Below, in pieces: positions 1 through 9,510 of a stretch of 64,000 nt of DNA. The position numbers were made by a program, and so were the translations under genes. Under the pieces are notes generated by a model, which was not told where the DNA came from, did no database searches, and saw only the letters and a list, made by a program, of their open reading frames with translations. Source of the DNA: Bryobacterales bacterium (lineage in GTDB: Bacteria > Acidobacteriota > Terriglobia > Bryobacterales > Bryobacteraceae); NCBI GenBank assembly GCA_038215275.1, contig JBBQRA010000003.1:355-64354 (forward strand), in the 5' to 3' direction. The stretch's first letter is position 1; each line of letters begins with the position of its first letter.

Positions 1-962
1 CGCAGCCTTTGCCACTCCCCGCTCAGCGCCAGCCGGGATCGCGCCCACTGCGCGTCCAACCCGATGCCGCTCGCATTGAATTGGCGCCAATGGAGGCCTC
101 GGTCGAGTTGCGACTGCGTGCTCGATTCGAGCCACGGCCCGCGAAAACCGGAGACGCCTGCGCGCAACCCAGGCACCACCGTTACGCCCATCCCGCCAGC
201 CCACTGCGCCGCCTGACTGGAAGCGGTGATCTTCTGGGGATTCGAAGGCGATCCGTTCGCAAGCTGCAGCCGTCCGTCAAGCCGGCGCCAAGTTACGTCC
301 ACTTCTGCGCCAAAGACGCCATAAGGCGTCACCGGCAATACGCCGTACGTGTAGGTTTCAAGGTGGTTGCAGTGGTAGGCCGAAACGTTCGGATGAACCC
401 GCTGCTGATGTTCGAGGTCGAAGGTGGAACACGGAATCAGATCCGGCCTGAGCAAGAGGTAAGAACCGTAGGCCATCGGCGCGTCGATCAAGGCGTTATC
501 CCGGTCGTTGTACCGGGTCGCAAACTGGCCGAACGCCGTTGTCAGCTTGCCTACCTTCACTGTGACGCTGCCGGCTTCGCCACCGGTCGTGTAGGCGCCA
601 AACCCTTGCAACATCCTCACCCGGGCTCCCTTGCCCCGTACGTGATACACCTCATAGTAGAAGAAGGGCGACGTGTTTCCCTGGAAAGTGCCGTGAAAAT
701 ACCAGTGCCGCCCCAGTTTCAACGTCGGCGCGATCAACACGCGGGCACCGGCCGCGGCCACGCCGCGATTGGAGCGGATCGGGTCGTCAATCGTCGCGAG
801 CCACGCCGGAATCGTATTCTTGAAGCGGTCCGTCACCGTCGTCCCAAACGTGAACGTCACGGGAACTTCGAAACCGATCTGTGCTTCCTGCGCCTCAGCC
901 AGCCAGGGGCTGAGCAGCATCAGCCAAAGGCAGAGCTTTCCCCTGATCCCGAATTGCTTCAT
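1..962 (-). CDS. putative secreted / outer-membrane beta-barrel-like protein (partial, runs off the left edge)
   Basis: ATG at 962-960 (minus) opens a frame with no stop before the window edge. It is not in the supplied ORF track. My translation is MKQFGIRGKLCLWLMLLSPWLAEAQEAQIGFEVPVTFTFG...: a signal peptide followed by Gly/aromatic-rich, strand-like sequence. It overlaps the 3' end of the HD-GYP gene. Confidence 0.5.
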   Translation of the reverse strand, partial: MKQFGIRGKLCLWLMLLSPWLAEAQEAQIGFEVPVTFTFGTTVTDRFKNTIPAWLATIDDPIRSNRGVAAAGARVLIAPTLKLGRHWYFHGTFQGNTSPFFYYEVYHVRGKGARVRMLQGFGAYTTGGEAGSVTVKVGKLTTAFGQFATRYNDRDNALIDAPMAYGSYLLLRPDLIPCSTFDLEHQQRVHPNVSAYHCNHLETYTYGVLPVTPYGVFGAEVDVTWRRLDGRLQLANGSPSNPQKITASSQAAQWAGGMGVTVVPGLRAGVSGFRGPWLESSTQSQLDRGLHWRQFNASGIGLDAQWARSRLALSGEWQRL

Positions 963-2532
963 GTAACTTCTCCAAACTCGCAGCCGTACTGTCGATCGGG
1001 CTGGCAAAGAACGCGGCTACCACTGCCGGGTCAAACTGAGTGCCGCTGCACTCCCGGATAATGCGACGGACTTTCTCCTCTGGCATTCGGTTGCGGTACG
1101 GGCGGTTACTGGTCATGGCGTCATAGGCATCGGCTACGTGAATGATCCGGGCATCCATCGGAATTTCGTCTCCCCGCAATCCCTTCGGGTATCCGGTGCC
1201 ATCGTGGTTCTCGTGATGGAGACCGACCGCCCCCAGATACTCACCAAACGCGCCGATTCGCTCGAGAATCCGGACGCCGATCTCCGGATGTTTCTTGATC
1301 GTGGCAAATTCGTCTTCGGTCAACCGGCCGTCTTTTAAGAGCACGGCGTCGGGAATACCGATTTTGCCGATGTCGTGCAGCAACGCTCCAATCCGTAACC
1401 GCTCCAAGTCCGGCGCGGCGAGCCCGATCTTCTCGCCAATCCACACTGAGTATTGGCTCACCCGGCGGCTATGCCCGGCCGTGTATTCATCGCGGGCTTC
1501 GAGACTTTCAATGAGCGCCTCAAGAATATCGAGATAGGCTTCCTCCAGGCTCCGCCGTGCATCGGAGGCCGCGATCGCCGCCCGGTGGAGACTATCCGAC
1601 AGCACGTCGATTTCGAGAACGCCGGCGGGCTTGGTAACAGGAATCTCCAAAATGCCTTTCTGAATGCTCTCCTGACAGGCTGCTGTAAGTATCTGCAGCG
1701 GCCGCGTCACAGCCCGAGACATGAACCAGACGAGCGTTAGGACCAACCCAAGACTGATCGCCCCCGCCGGCGCGAGCACCATGCGAAGCGTGCGGACGAA
1801 CGGGGCCACCGCCGCATCCACGGACGCGAGCATGACAACTCGCCGCCCGTCGCCGATATCTGTATCCGCCATTGGCACCGCTAACCAGCGTTCCGTCCCC
1901 AAGAGCAACTCGCCAGTCTTCGTCCAATCGCGCGCCAGACCCACAAATCGTTCGGCAGGCAAGGTGGAAAGTTCCACGCGGCCGTCTTTTATCAGCACCG
2001 CCTCGGCCCCACCGCTCATCGCCGCCAGGTCCAACTCGCGGCCCACCACGACCCGGCCGAGGTTCTCCCGTTCTAGATTGACGGGAATTTCCTGGCGCAT
2101 ATAGATGCCCCCCGGCTGCCGTTGCCACTCGGCTACGGTCCTCTCCCGCGAATTCACCATAGCCAGAAAATCAGCATCGATCGACTCCCGCACTGCCTCG
2201 AGCCGCTCGTCCAAAGTTCGTTGCAGTTCAGCCTTCGCCGCCGGATTGCGCAGAGCCCCGGCATCCTCAAGATCCCGTTGCAGCGTCAGAACCGCTTTCA
2301 GCCCGGCGTTTTCGCTCAATACTTGCATCGCCCGTTGCAACTCCCGGCCTTGTCGCTCTTGCTCCCGCTGCCTCCGCAACTCCCGCTTCTGCAGATCCGT
2401 CCGGACCTCGGCCGCCGTGCTTTGCCGCAAGGCCCGTTCCATCCAGAACAGGCTCGCCGCAAACACGACCGCTAGCGGCAGCAGGACAAACAGCACAACC
2501 CGGCGTGTGAGGGAGGAATCACGCATCGGCAA
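895..2532 (-). CDS. membrane sensor with HAMP and HD-GYP (cyclic-di-GMP phosphodiesterase-type) output domain
   Basis: Motifs HDIGKIGIPD and HHENHDGTGYPKGL. Two hydrophobic segments (VVLFVLLPLAVVFAASLFW and ISLGLVLTLVWFM) bracket a periplasmic region of about 240 aa, followed by a HAMP-like stretch. Confidence 0.88.
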   Translation of the reverse strand: MPMRDSSLTRRVVLFVLLPLAVVFAASLFWMERALRQSTAAEVRTDLQKRELRRQREQERQGRELQRAMQVLSENAGLKAVLTLQRDLEDAGALRNPAAKAELQRTLDERLEAVRESIDADFLAMVNSRERTVAEWQRQPGGIYMRQEIPVNLERENLGRVVVGRELDLAAMSGGAEAVLIKDGRVELSTLPAERFVGLARDWTKTGELLLGTERWLAVPMADTDIGDGRRVVMLASVDAAVAPFVRTLRMVLAPAGAISLGLVLTLVWFMSRAVTRPLQILTAACQESIQKGILEIPVTKPAGVLEIDVLSDSLHRAAIAASDARRSLEEAYLDILEALIESLEARDEYTAGHSRRVSQYSVWIGEKIGLAAPDLERLRIGALLHDIGKIGIPDAVLLKDGRLTEDEFATIKKHPEIGVRILERIGAFGEYLGAVGLHHENHDGTGYPKGLRGDEIPMDARIIHVADAYDAMTSNRPYRNRMPEEKVRRIIRECSGTQFDPAVVAAFFASPIDSTAASLEKLHEAIRDQGKALPLADAAQPLAG

Positions 2533-2535
2533 GGA

Positions 2536-3216
2536 TCAGGTACCTTCGGACTTAATCGTCGCCAATGGCAAATTGAAGTTGACGCTGACGATACCCTCCG
2601 CCGGAACCTCTACCTCTTGCTGCAGAAAACCGGCGCTCCGATGCCATAGCCGCAACAGATGCTTCCCAGGCGGCACATCTGGAATGCGAAATGCTCCATC
2701 GGACGACGGTTGCACAAATAGCTGATTCGGCACGACGAGAATCGCCGCGCTCATGTTCGTGTGCAGGTGGCAAAACACCTGTACCGGCCCCGGCTTCTCG
2801 AACCGTACCGTTCGGGTCTGCCCCTTTGGGTAGTACCCCAAGTCAAACGCTTTCGCCTTCGAAAGCGAGAAGACATTGTGAAAGATCGGATCTCCATTCG
2901 GGAACGAGACGCTGCTGCCCGCCGGAATCACAAGCACTTCCCGCTCAAAGCGCCGGTTCCGCTGCCCGATCTGGGCAACTGTCGAAGGTGGATCCCCTGC
3001 AATCGGAGCATCGACGTAGACTACAGTCCGGCCCCATTCATCGAGGTCCTGAGGGGCAGAGGCCGCCGCCGGGGCCCCACCTCGCGGTGCGTACACATCC
3101 ACGACCACCCGTTTTTTCGTCAGATTCCGGGTGATCGTCACCTTTCCGGCAATCTCGCCCGCCCAGATCGGGAGGGCGCACATTAGCAGGACGATCGCCG
3201 TCAGTACCGACTTCAT
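2536..3216 (-). CDS. secreted cupredoxin-like protein ('methylamine utilisation protein'-type family)
   Basis: Signal peptide MKSVLTAIVLLMCALPIWAGE. Core FPNGDPIFHNVFSLSKAKAFDLGYYPKG...VFCHLHTNMSA resembles the plastocyanin-like family. Only 3 nt separate it from the HD-GYP gene. Confidence 0.7.
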   Translation of the reverse strand: MKSVLTAIVLLMCALPIWAGEIAGKVTITRNLTKKRVVVDVYAPRGGAPAAASAPQDLDEWGRTVVYVDAPIAGDPPSTVAQIGQRNRRFEREVLVIPAGSSVSFPNGDPIFHNVFSLSKAKAFDLGYYPKGQTRTVRFEKPGPVQVFCHLHTNMSAAILVVPNQLFVQPSSDGAFRIPDVPPGKHLLRLWHRSAGFLQQEVEVPAEGIVSVNFNLPLATIKSEGT

Positions 3217-3290
3217 ACGAGGAGTATCGGCGTTAGTGGCAAAAACTTTAAGTACCGCTCCGCGACCGTCGCAGATAGTAGCCTGTAACC

Positions 3291-4199
3291 ATGGCTCAGA
3301 TTCTGGACGGCAAACGCGTCCGCGACGAAATCCTCACTGAACTCCAGCCCCGCATTGCGGCGCTCCCTCGCCGGCCCGGCCTTGCGGTGGTCCTCGTCGG
3401 CGCCGACCCCGCCAGCGAGGTCTACGTCTCCAGTAAGGTGAAGACCTGCGCCAGCCTCGGATTTACCAGCGAGAAGATCACGCGGCCGGACACGATTAAG
3501 ACCGCGGAGCTGCTCGCCATTGTCGACGAACTCAACGCGAACGGCGCCATCGACGGCATTCTGGTGCAGATGCCGCTGCCCAAGCACATTGACTCCCAAC
3601 TGGTGCTCGAGCGTATCGACCCGGAAAAGGATGTTGATGGCTTCCATCCCGTCAACGTCGGCCGCCTTTCGATCGGTCTGCCCGGCCCCCGGCCCTGCAC
3701 CCCGAACGGAGTCATGCAGCTCCTACGCCGGGCCGGCATCGAAGTGGCCGGCAAGCGGGCGGTGGTGGTCGGGCGCAGCGATATCGTCGGCAAACCGATG
3801 GCGATGCTCCTGCTGCACGCGCACGCCACGGTTACCATCTGCCACTCGCGCACGGCGGACCTGGCAGCCGAGTGCCAGAGGGCGGACATCCTTGTGGGCG
3901 CCATTGGCCGATCCGCGTTCCTCACCGCGGAACACATCCGCCCCGGCGCAGTGGTCATCGACGTCGGGATCAACCGGCTATCCGAACGCAAGTCCGTAGA
4001 GGCTATTTGGCGAAACGAACCCAATGCGCTGGCCGAGTTCGACAAGAAGGGAAGGATCCTGGTCGGTGACACCCATCCTCTCGACGCCGCTGCCCTTGCG
4101 AGCGCCTGGACGCCCGTCCCCGGCGGGGTGGGCCCGCTGACCATCGCTATGCTGATGAGCAACACCGTCGAAGCCGCTGAGCGCCGTCAGCGATGCTGA
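3291..4199 (+). CDS. folD: bifunctional methylenetetrahydrofolate dehydrogenase / methenyl-THF cyclohydrolase
   Basis: Full-length FolD-like sequence: ILDGK..., VYVSSKVKTC, ILVQMPLPKHID, DVDGFHP, VVVGRSDIVGKPMAMLL, PGGVGPLTIAML. Confidence 0.95.
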   Translation: MAQILDGKRVRDEILTELQPRIAALPRRPGLAVVLVGADPASEVYVSSKVKTCASLGFTSEKITRPDTIKTAELLAIVDELNANGAIDGILVQMPLPKHIDSQLVLERIDPEKDVDGFHPVNVGRLSIGLPGPRPCTPNGVMQLLRRAGIEVAGKRAVVVGRSDIVGKPMAMLLLHAHATVTICHSRTADLAAECQRADILVGAIGRSAFLTAEHIRPGAVVIDVGINRLSERKSVEAIWRNEPNALAEFDKKGRILVGDTHPLDAAALASAWTPVPGGVGPLTIAMLMSNTVEAAERRQRC

Positions 4200-4792
4200 C
4201 CGTCGCTCTCACCGGCGGCCTCGCCACTGGCAAGTCCACTGTCGGGCGCATGTTCGTCGAACTCGGCTGCGAACTCGTCGAAGCCGACCGGCTAGGCCAC
4301 GAAGTCCTAGCCGGGCCGGGACGGGATGCTACGGTGGCTTTGTTCGGCGAGGGCATTTGCCAGCCGGACGGCTCCATCAACCGCCGCGCGCTTGGCGCCG
4401 TCGTTTTTCAAGACCCGGCCAAGCTGGCCCAATTGAACGCTATCGTGCATCCGCTGGTGGAATCGTTGCGCGAAGAGCGATTCCTGGTGATCTTCGAAGC
4501 GGACCCCCACGCCATCGTACTGTATGAGGCGGCCATCCATATTGAAACGGGCATTTACAAGCAGTTTGCCCGAGTGGTGCTCGTGACCTGCGACGAAGAG
4601 ACGCAGATCAGCCGAGCAATGTCTCGTAGCCAGTGGACCCGCGAGGAGGCGATTGCCCGCATCCGGCGCCAAATGCCACTTGCCGCGAAACGAAAATTTG
4701 CGGACTACGTCATAGATAGTTCTGTCTCCCTGGACGACACCCGGCGCCAAGCAGTGGAAACTTATAATGAGCTTAGGGCTCTCCAGGAGTAA
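4193..4792 (+). CDS. coaE: dephospho-CoA kinase
   Basis: P-loop LTGGLATGKST at the N-terminus, about 200 aa, CoaE-like throughout. Overlaps the folD stop by 7 nt. Confidence 0.88.
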   Translation: MLTVALTGGLATGKSTVGRMFVELGCELVEADRLGHEVLAGPGRDATVALFGEGICQPDGSINRRALGAVVFQDPAKLAQLNAIVHPLVESLREERFLVIFEADPHAIVLYEAAIHIETGIYKQFARVVLVTCDEETQISRAMSRSQWTREEAIARIRRQMPLAAKRKFADYVIDSSVSLDDTRRQAVETYNELRALQE

Positions 4793-4802
4793 CCCTCAAC
4801 AT

Positions 4803-5957
4803 ATGACACGGTTCCGCTACATTTTTCTGGCGTTGGCCTTCGTCGGCGCGTTCTTCTACCTCACCACCATCGCAAAGTCCCGGTTCTTCCCTCCCGTGGG
4901 ATCGCCGTCGGCGGCGGCAGATGGGCCGGCCTGGCAGGAAGCAAAGGCGGTGCAGGGCGCTGGCCTTGGCATCGACGAGCAGAACAACATCGACGTGTAC
5001 AAACGCTCCCGCGCGGCGACCGTTAATATTTCAAGCACCGTCTACCGGCGTGCGAACTTTTTCGAAGTGGTCCCGGCTAGAGAGACCGGCTCCGGTTTCA
5101 TTTTCGATGCGAGCGGCTTGATCCTCACCAACAACCACGTGCTGGCCGGCAACTCCAAAGTTGTCGTCACGCTTCCCGACCAATCCAAATACGACGCCGA
5201 GGTTCTGTACAAGGACCCGAATAATGATCTTGGGCTGATCAAGATCGTTCCCCGGAAGAAACTGCCAGTGCTTACGCTCGGCGATTCGGACGTCATTCAG
5301 GTCGGCCAGAAGGTACTGGCCATCGGCAATCCGTTTGGCCTGAACGGCACGTTGACCACGGGCATCATCTCCGCGGTCGGCCGAAACATCCGCGCCGACG
5401 ACAACCGGGAACTCGAAGGGATGATGCAGACGGACGCGGCTATCAATCCCGGCAACTCCGGCGGGCCGCTCCTCGATTCGCAGGGCAACGTAATCGGCAT
5501 TAATACGGCGATCTATGGGCCTGGGGGCAACATCGGGATCGGTTTTGCGATGCCGATCAACAAGGCGAAGGTGATGATCAGCGACCATCGCGCTGGGCGG
5601 AGCTATAAGCGGCCGCGACTGGGCGTTGAAGTGATCTATGTGACCGGCGAATGGGCCGAGGCACTCGATCTGCCTGCGGAAGGCGGCCTGTTGCTGCAGG
5701 GAGTGCAGCGGGGCAGCGCGGCCGATCGTGCGGGTCTGCGGGGTCCGCGGCAGATCGTAATCGTGGGTAATGCCGAGGTGGGCATTGGCGGCGATCTCAT
5801 CATGGCCATCGATAACATGCCCTCTGACAGGCCTGATGCGATCACCCGGGCGTTGGCCAAGAGGCGCGCTGGCGATACCATCGAACTCACGATTGCGCGG
5901 CAAAAGAAGATTTCCAAGTTGAAAGTGCAACTCGGCGAAGCGCCGGACGACCTCTAA
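4803..5957 (+). CDS. HtrA/DegP-family serine protease with C-terminal PDZ domain
   Basis: Catalytic motifs TNNHV, DLGLIKI and GNSGGPLLD. PDZ-like tail (GLLLQGVQRGSAADRAGL). N-terminal TM/signal anchor. ATG at 4803 chosen (the ORF track starts at 4767). Confidence 0.88.
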   Translation: MTRFRYIFLALAFVGAFFYLTTIAKSRFFPPVGSPSAAADGPAWQEAKAVQGAGLGIDEQNNIDVYKRSRAATVNISSTVYRRANFFEVVPARETGSGFIFDASGLILTNNHVLAGNSKVVVTLPDQSKYDAEVLYKDPNNDLGLIKIVPRKKLPVLTLGDSDVIQVGQKVLAIGNPFGLNGTLTTGIISAVGRNIRADDNRELEGMMQTDAAINPGNSGGPLLDSQGNVIGINTAIYGPGGNIGIGFAMPINKAKVMISDHRAGRSYKRPRLGVEVIYVTGEWAEALDLPAEGGLLLQGVQRGSAADRAGLRGPRQIVIVGNAEVGIGGDLIMAIDNMPSDRPDAITRALAKRRAGDTIELTIARQKKISKLKVQLGEAPDDL

Positions 5958-6590
5958 TCAGCGAGAGAAACGTACCAGGAGCGCGGCGCCTTTTTCCGGC
6001 GCCGCGCCTATTTCATTCATCATTACGGGGCGGATTTCGTCTCCGGCCAGCCAGGCCGCTTCGGTCGCCCCTGTCAGGGCTTCGGGGCCTGGGTTTCCGG
6101 CTTGAAAGATCTTCACGGAGACTTTCTTGCGTTCGAGCGTCAGGTCGTCCACCTGACGGGCGACCGCCCAGAGGCCGTCGGCGCGGCGGATTCGCAGTTG
6201 GAGCTTGATGCCGCGTTGGGGTTGGTCGGGGACCCATTGGGTGTTCCATTCGGAGGCGATCCGATGCCAGCCGGAACCGAGGCGTTCAAAGTGGGCCCAA
6301 AGTTCGCCTTCGGCGTCGGTTTTGAAGCGGATGACCGGGTCGTCCTTGATGGTCCCGCCGCTGCGGGGGGAGACTATTTGTCCTCTGGGGCCTTCGACGG
6401 ACGCACCGAAGTAGACTCGCACTGGCCCCTCCACTTTCTTGCCGCGGAGCAGGGCCAGGGAGACTTCGCCCGCTGCGTTTTCCGCTCGGATGGCGCCGGC
6501 TAGTTGTTCGGGGGGCATGGTCTTTGCGTCCGGGACTTCGCGGTAAACGTCGCCGGGGCCGAGGGCCCAGAGCAGGAGGAGCCACTTCAT
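5958..6590 (-). CDS. hypothetical secreted protein
   Basis: 210-aa ORF with a hydrophobic N-terminus (MKWLLLLWALGPG). No recognised motifs. Coding-like composition, fills the gap between flanking genes. Confidence 0.45.
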   Translation of the reverse strand: MKWLLLLWALGPGDVYREVPDAKTMPPEQLAGAIRAENAAGEVSLALLRGKKVEGPVRVYFGASVEGPRGQIVSPRSGGTIKDDPVIRFKTDAEGELWAHFERLGSGWHRIASEWNTQWVPDQPQRGIKLQLRIRRADGLWAVARQVDDLTLERKKVSVKIFQAGNPGPEALTGATEAAWLAGDEIRPVMMNEIGAAPEKGAALLVRFSR

Positions 6591-7030
6591 TTTGACAACG
6601 CAATCAACTGCCCGGTGTGGCGTTGGGTGTGTTCGGCAATATGGCCGAGCAGGAGGCCAAGCGGCACTTCCACGCGCTGGCGGCCCACATAGCGGGGTTC
6701 GCGATAGTCGAGATCTTCGAGCATGCGGAGTTGGGTTTGAACGCGTTCAAATACTGAGGCGGCGGCGGCGAGGAGCTCTTCGCGGTCTCCGGCGCCGTTG
6801 GGTTCGTTTCGCAAAAAGGCGAGTTGGTCTTCGGTGAGTTGTCCGCCGAGGACGTAGGTCCAAAGCCGGTCGACCGAACCGGCAATGTGCCGGAGATGGA
6901 AAGAGACGCTGGCGCCAGGTTCGACCGGAGTCCATTGGCGGAGGTCGCCAAGGGCGTGCTCCAGCGAACAGGCCAGGAGCCGGCGGATCGGATCCAGATC
7001 GGCGTGTCTGCCCGCCAGCCAAGGTTCCAT
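6587..7030 (-). CDS. DinB-family (four-helix bundle, metal-binding) protein
   Basis: MEPWLAGRHADLDP...FHLRHIAGSVDRL...LLGHIAEHTQRHTGQL matches the His-triad pattern of the DinB superfamily. The longer 270-aa ORF-track version has an Arg/Pro-rich, non-protein-like extension. Confidence 0.72.
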   Translation of the reverse strand: MEPWLAGRHADLDPIRRLLACSLEHALGDLRQWTPVEPGASVSFHLRHIAGSVDRLWTYVLGGQLTEDQLAFLRNEPNGAGDREELLAAAASVFERVQTQLRMLEDLDYREPRYVGRQRVEVPLGLLLGHIAEHTQRHTGQLIALSK

Positions 7031-7044
7031 ACAACCAGAATAAG

Positions 7045-8688
7045 CTACGGCACGAATTCGACCGAAACCACTTCGCGGGTGGCCTGGATGTAGCCGACGC
7101 GGACCTTGCGATTTGTTATGCCGCAGGCCAGTTCGCGGGATCCACCGGAGATCCGGATTTCGCGGGGGCGGAGGACGCGGAGTTCGCCAACGCCCTTGAT
7201 GCGCATGACGGCGGGGTCGCTGCAGACGAGTTCTTCGAGGACCCCATCGCTGATGGCATCGCCTTGGAGGCCCTGCCAGGCGTCGGGGATGACGACGGCG
7301 GGCTGGCGGGCGGCGAGCGGAGCGGCTTTTGACGAAACGAGCCCATTGAGGGCGGCGGCCATCTCTCGTTCCGCGCCGGTGGCCGCGGCCAGGCGGCACT
7401 TCTGGGCGGCGCGGGCCGCTTCGTCACGGCGGCCGGCGCGGTGCAGGGCCATGGCCATGGCGTGCCAGAAGTTGGCTTGGCGAGGGAGGATGGCCGTGGC
7501 CTTCTGGTACGCTTCGATCGCTTCTTCGAACTGCTCCCGCTTGGCGGCTTCGAGGCCGAGCAGGAACCATACTTCGGCGTGGTTTGGGTTCCGCTCGACC
7601 GCTTGGCGGAGGAGAAGCTCAAAGGGCTGTTTGGCGTCACGCCGGAGCATGGCGGTTTCGAAGTAGGGTGTGGACTCGGACGAGCCTTCGACGATCGCCT
7701 GTTCGAAATAGGCTAGCGCGGCGGCGTTCTCTCCGCGGGCGAGGGCTAGGAGCCCCAAGGGGGTGGCGCTCTTCTGGCGCTCGTACAGACGGGTCGCCAG
7801 AGCGGTCTTGCCGCAGGCGAGCGCCAGTTCGGCGACGGTCTCTTCGTTTACGGTATCGACCTTTACGCGGGGGGCGTCGAGGGGGTCGCCGTCGACGGAG
7901 GCGACGGTGAGCGGACCGCGCAGAATCCTTTGCCGGGCATCGTCAACGATCTGGGAGGCGCTGCGTTTGAAAGCCCGCAGGCAAGCCTCTTCGACAGGGA
8001 CGCCTTCGTCGAGCAGTTCGGCGAGCTGCTCGATGTGTTCGCGGTAACCGGGTTGGGTGTAGAGCATGTGAACGACGGCCCAGCTTTGGGCGTAGAAGAG
8101 GCCGGCGCGGTTGGCTTCGTCGTAGACTGGAGAGTCCTTGGCGACGCCGAAAAGTTGGCGGGCAGTGAGCCATTCGACCCGGCGGAGGACGCGGACATGG
8201 TCATCGACCGGGCGGCCGATGAACCAGCGATCTTTTTCGGGGGCGACGGTGGAATAGAACTCGGCGACTCCTTCTTCAAGCCAGAGGGGACGGCGGGCGG
8301 TGGAGTGTTCGAGAGAGGCGTGGACGAACTCGTGAGAGAGGGCGCGAAGGTCGTCGGGACCGGCGAGGACGGCCAGAAAATCGCGCTCCGGTCCGGATTG
8401 GAAGAACCCCCGGGCGGTGGGGACGGGACGAAGGGCGCGAAACCAGCGATCGTCCCGAAACAAATACGCCCGAATTTGTGACTGGCGGCGGCCGAGGAGG
8501 CGCTCCATCTGTTGCATTCGGGCGAGGGCGCGGCGGGCGGCGGGTTCACCGGCGTCAGAGATAACCTCAAGCGTTTCAGTACGCAAACGGACGAACGAAA
8601 ATTTTACACCTTCGGGGGGCTGGGCGGCATCGACCACCTGTGTCCAAGTCGCCACGAGCAAAATAACTCTTAAGGAAGTTTGCAGCAT
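7045..8688 (-). CDS. secreted HExxH (peptidase MA-like / DUF1570-like) protein with C-terminal TPR repeats
   Basis: HEFVH motif (LSHEFVHASLEH). TPR-like repeats (AEVWFLLGLEAAKREQFEEAIEAYQKA...). Signal-like start MLQTSLRVILLVATW at 8688. Confidence 0.65.
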   Translation of the reverse strand: MLQTSLRVILLVATWTQVVDAAQPPEGVKFSFVRLRTETLEVISDAGEPAARRALARMQQMERLLGRRQSQIRAYLFRDDRWFRALRPVPTARGFFQSGPERDFLAVLAGPDDLRALSHEFVHASLEHSTARRPLWLEEGVAEFYSTVAPEKDRWFIGRPVDDHVRVLRRVEWLTARQLFGVAKDSPVYDEANRAGLFYAQSWAVVHMLYTQPGYREHIEQLAELLDEGVPVEEACLRAFKRSASQIVDDARQRILRGPLTVASVDGDPLDAPRVKVDTVNEETVAELALACGKTALATRLYERQKSATPLGLLALARGENAAALAYFEQAIVEGSSESTPYFETAMLRRDAKQPFELLLRQAVERNPNHAEVWFLLGLEAAKREQFEEAIEAYQKATAILPRQANFWHAMAMALHRAGRRDEAARAAQKCRLAAATGAEREMAAALNGLVSSKAAPLAARQPAVVIPDAWQGLQGDAISDGVLEELVCSDPAVMRIKGVGELRVLRPREIRISGGSRELACGITNRKVRVGYIQATREVVSVEFVP

Positions 8689-8760
8689 AAGGCTAATAAA
8701 GTTTTTCGATTGGACCAGTCTGATCGTGACCCTTACGCTGAGAACGTGGCAAGCATAAGC

Positions 8761-9501
8761 ATGGAGATCCCTACTCCTCAAGTATCACTCCTGCATCGGG
8801 TGAGCAATATCGTTTCGAGCGAGCTCTCGCTGGATGAGATGTTGGGAGAAATCGTCGGACTCACCGTCCAAGTAACTGACTGCGACGCCTGCTTGGTTTA
8901 CCTTTTTGAAAAGGAAGCCGGAGAAATTGTTCTGTGTGCGTCGCAAGTACCGCACGCGCACGAACTGGGCAACCTTCGCCTGAAGATGGGTGAAGGCATT
9001 ACCGGATGGGTGGCCGAACACAAGTCGGTGGTCGCCCTATCGTCGAACGCCGCGCAGGATAAGCGGTTCAAACGATTCCGGGCCTTGGTTGAAGACACAT
9101 ATGATGCCTTCCTTTCCGTCCCGCTGGTTTCGAGCGGCGACCTGATTGGGGTCATCAATGTCCATCACCGCGAACGTCACGAGCATTCGCCCGAAGAAGT
9201 CTCGCTTCTGAGCTTTATCGGGGAGCAGATGGGCGGAGCGATCTTCAAGAACAAGCTGGCTGAAGAGAACGTCCGGTTGAAAGAAGAGACCGTCGAAGTG
9301 AAGCGGAAGCTGGAGGAGCGCAAGTTGGTTGAGCGCGCCAAGGGTATTCTGCAGCGGCGTCACGGATTAACCGAAGAAGACTCGTACTTGCAGCTTCGCA
9401 ATGAGAGCCGGCGGTTGCGGCGTCCGATGAAAGACTTGGCGGAAGCCATTATCTTTACCGAGGAACTAAGCAAGCGGGCTTCTGGCGAGACGAGCGACTA
9501 A
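8761..9501 (+). CDS. GAF-domain / ANTAR-domain RNA-binding antiterminator-type regulator
   Basis: N-terminal GAF-like region (CDACLVYLFEK...GEGITGWVAEH...VPLVSSGDLIGVINVHH). C-terminal ANTAR (ERKLVERAKGILQRRHGLTEEDSYLQLRNESRRLRRPMKDLAEAI). Confidence 0.85.
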   Translation: MEIPTPQVSLLHRVSNIVSSELSLDEMLGEIVGLTVQVTDCDACLVYLFEKEAGEIVLCASQVPHAHELGNLRLKMGEGITGWVAEHKSVVALSSNAAQDKRFKRFRALVEDTYDAFLSVPLVSSGDLIGVINVHHRERHEHSPEEVSLLSFIGEQMGGAIFKNKLAEENVRLKEETVEVKRKLEERKLVERAKGILQRRHGLTEEDSYLQLRNESRRLRRPMKDLAEAIIFTEELSKRASGETSD

Positions 9502-9510
9502 ACTAGAAGT

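Noticed and set aside
9-1061. 350-aa plus-strand ORF at the left edge
   Set aside because: It is Arg/Pro/Gly/Ala-rich with no motifs. It is antisense to a minus-strand frame that has a clean signal peptide and protein-like sequence, which is typical high-GC shadow-ORF behaviour.
6587-7399. The full 270-aa version of the DinB-family ORF
   Set aside because: The N-terminal 123 residues are almost pure Arg/Pro/Gly and overlap the 3' end of the TPR/HExxH gene. The DinB-like sequence starts at the internal ATG at 7030.
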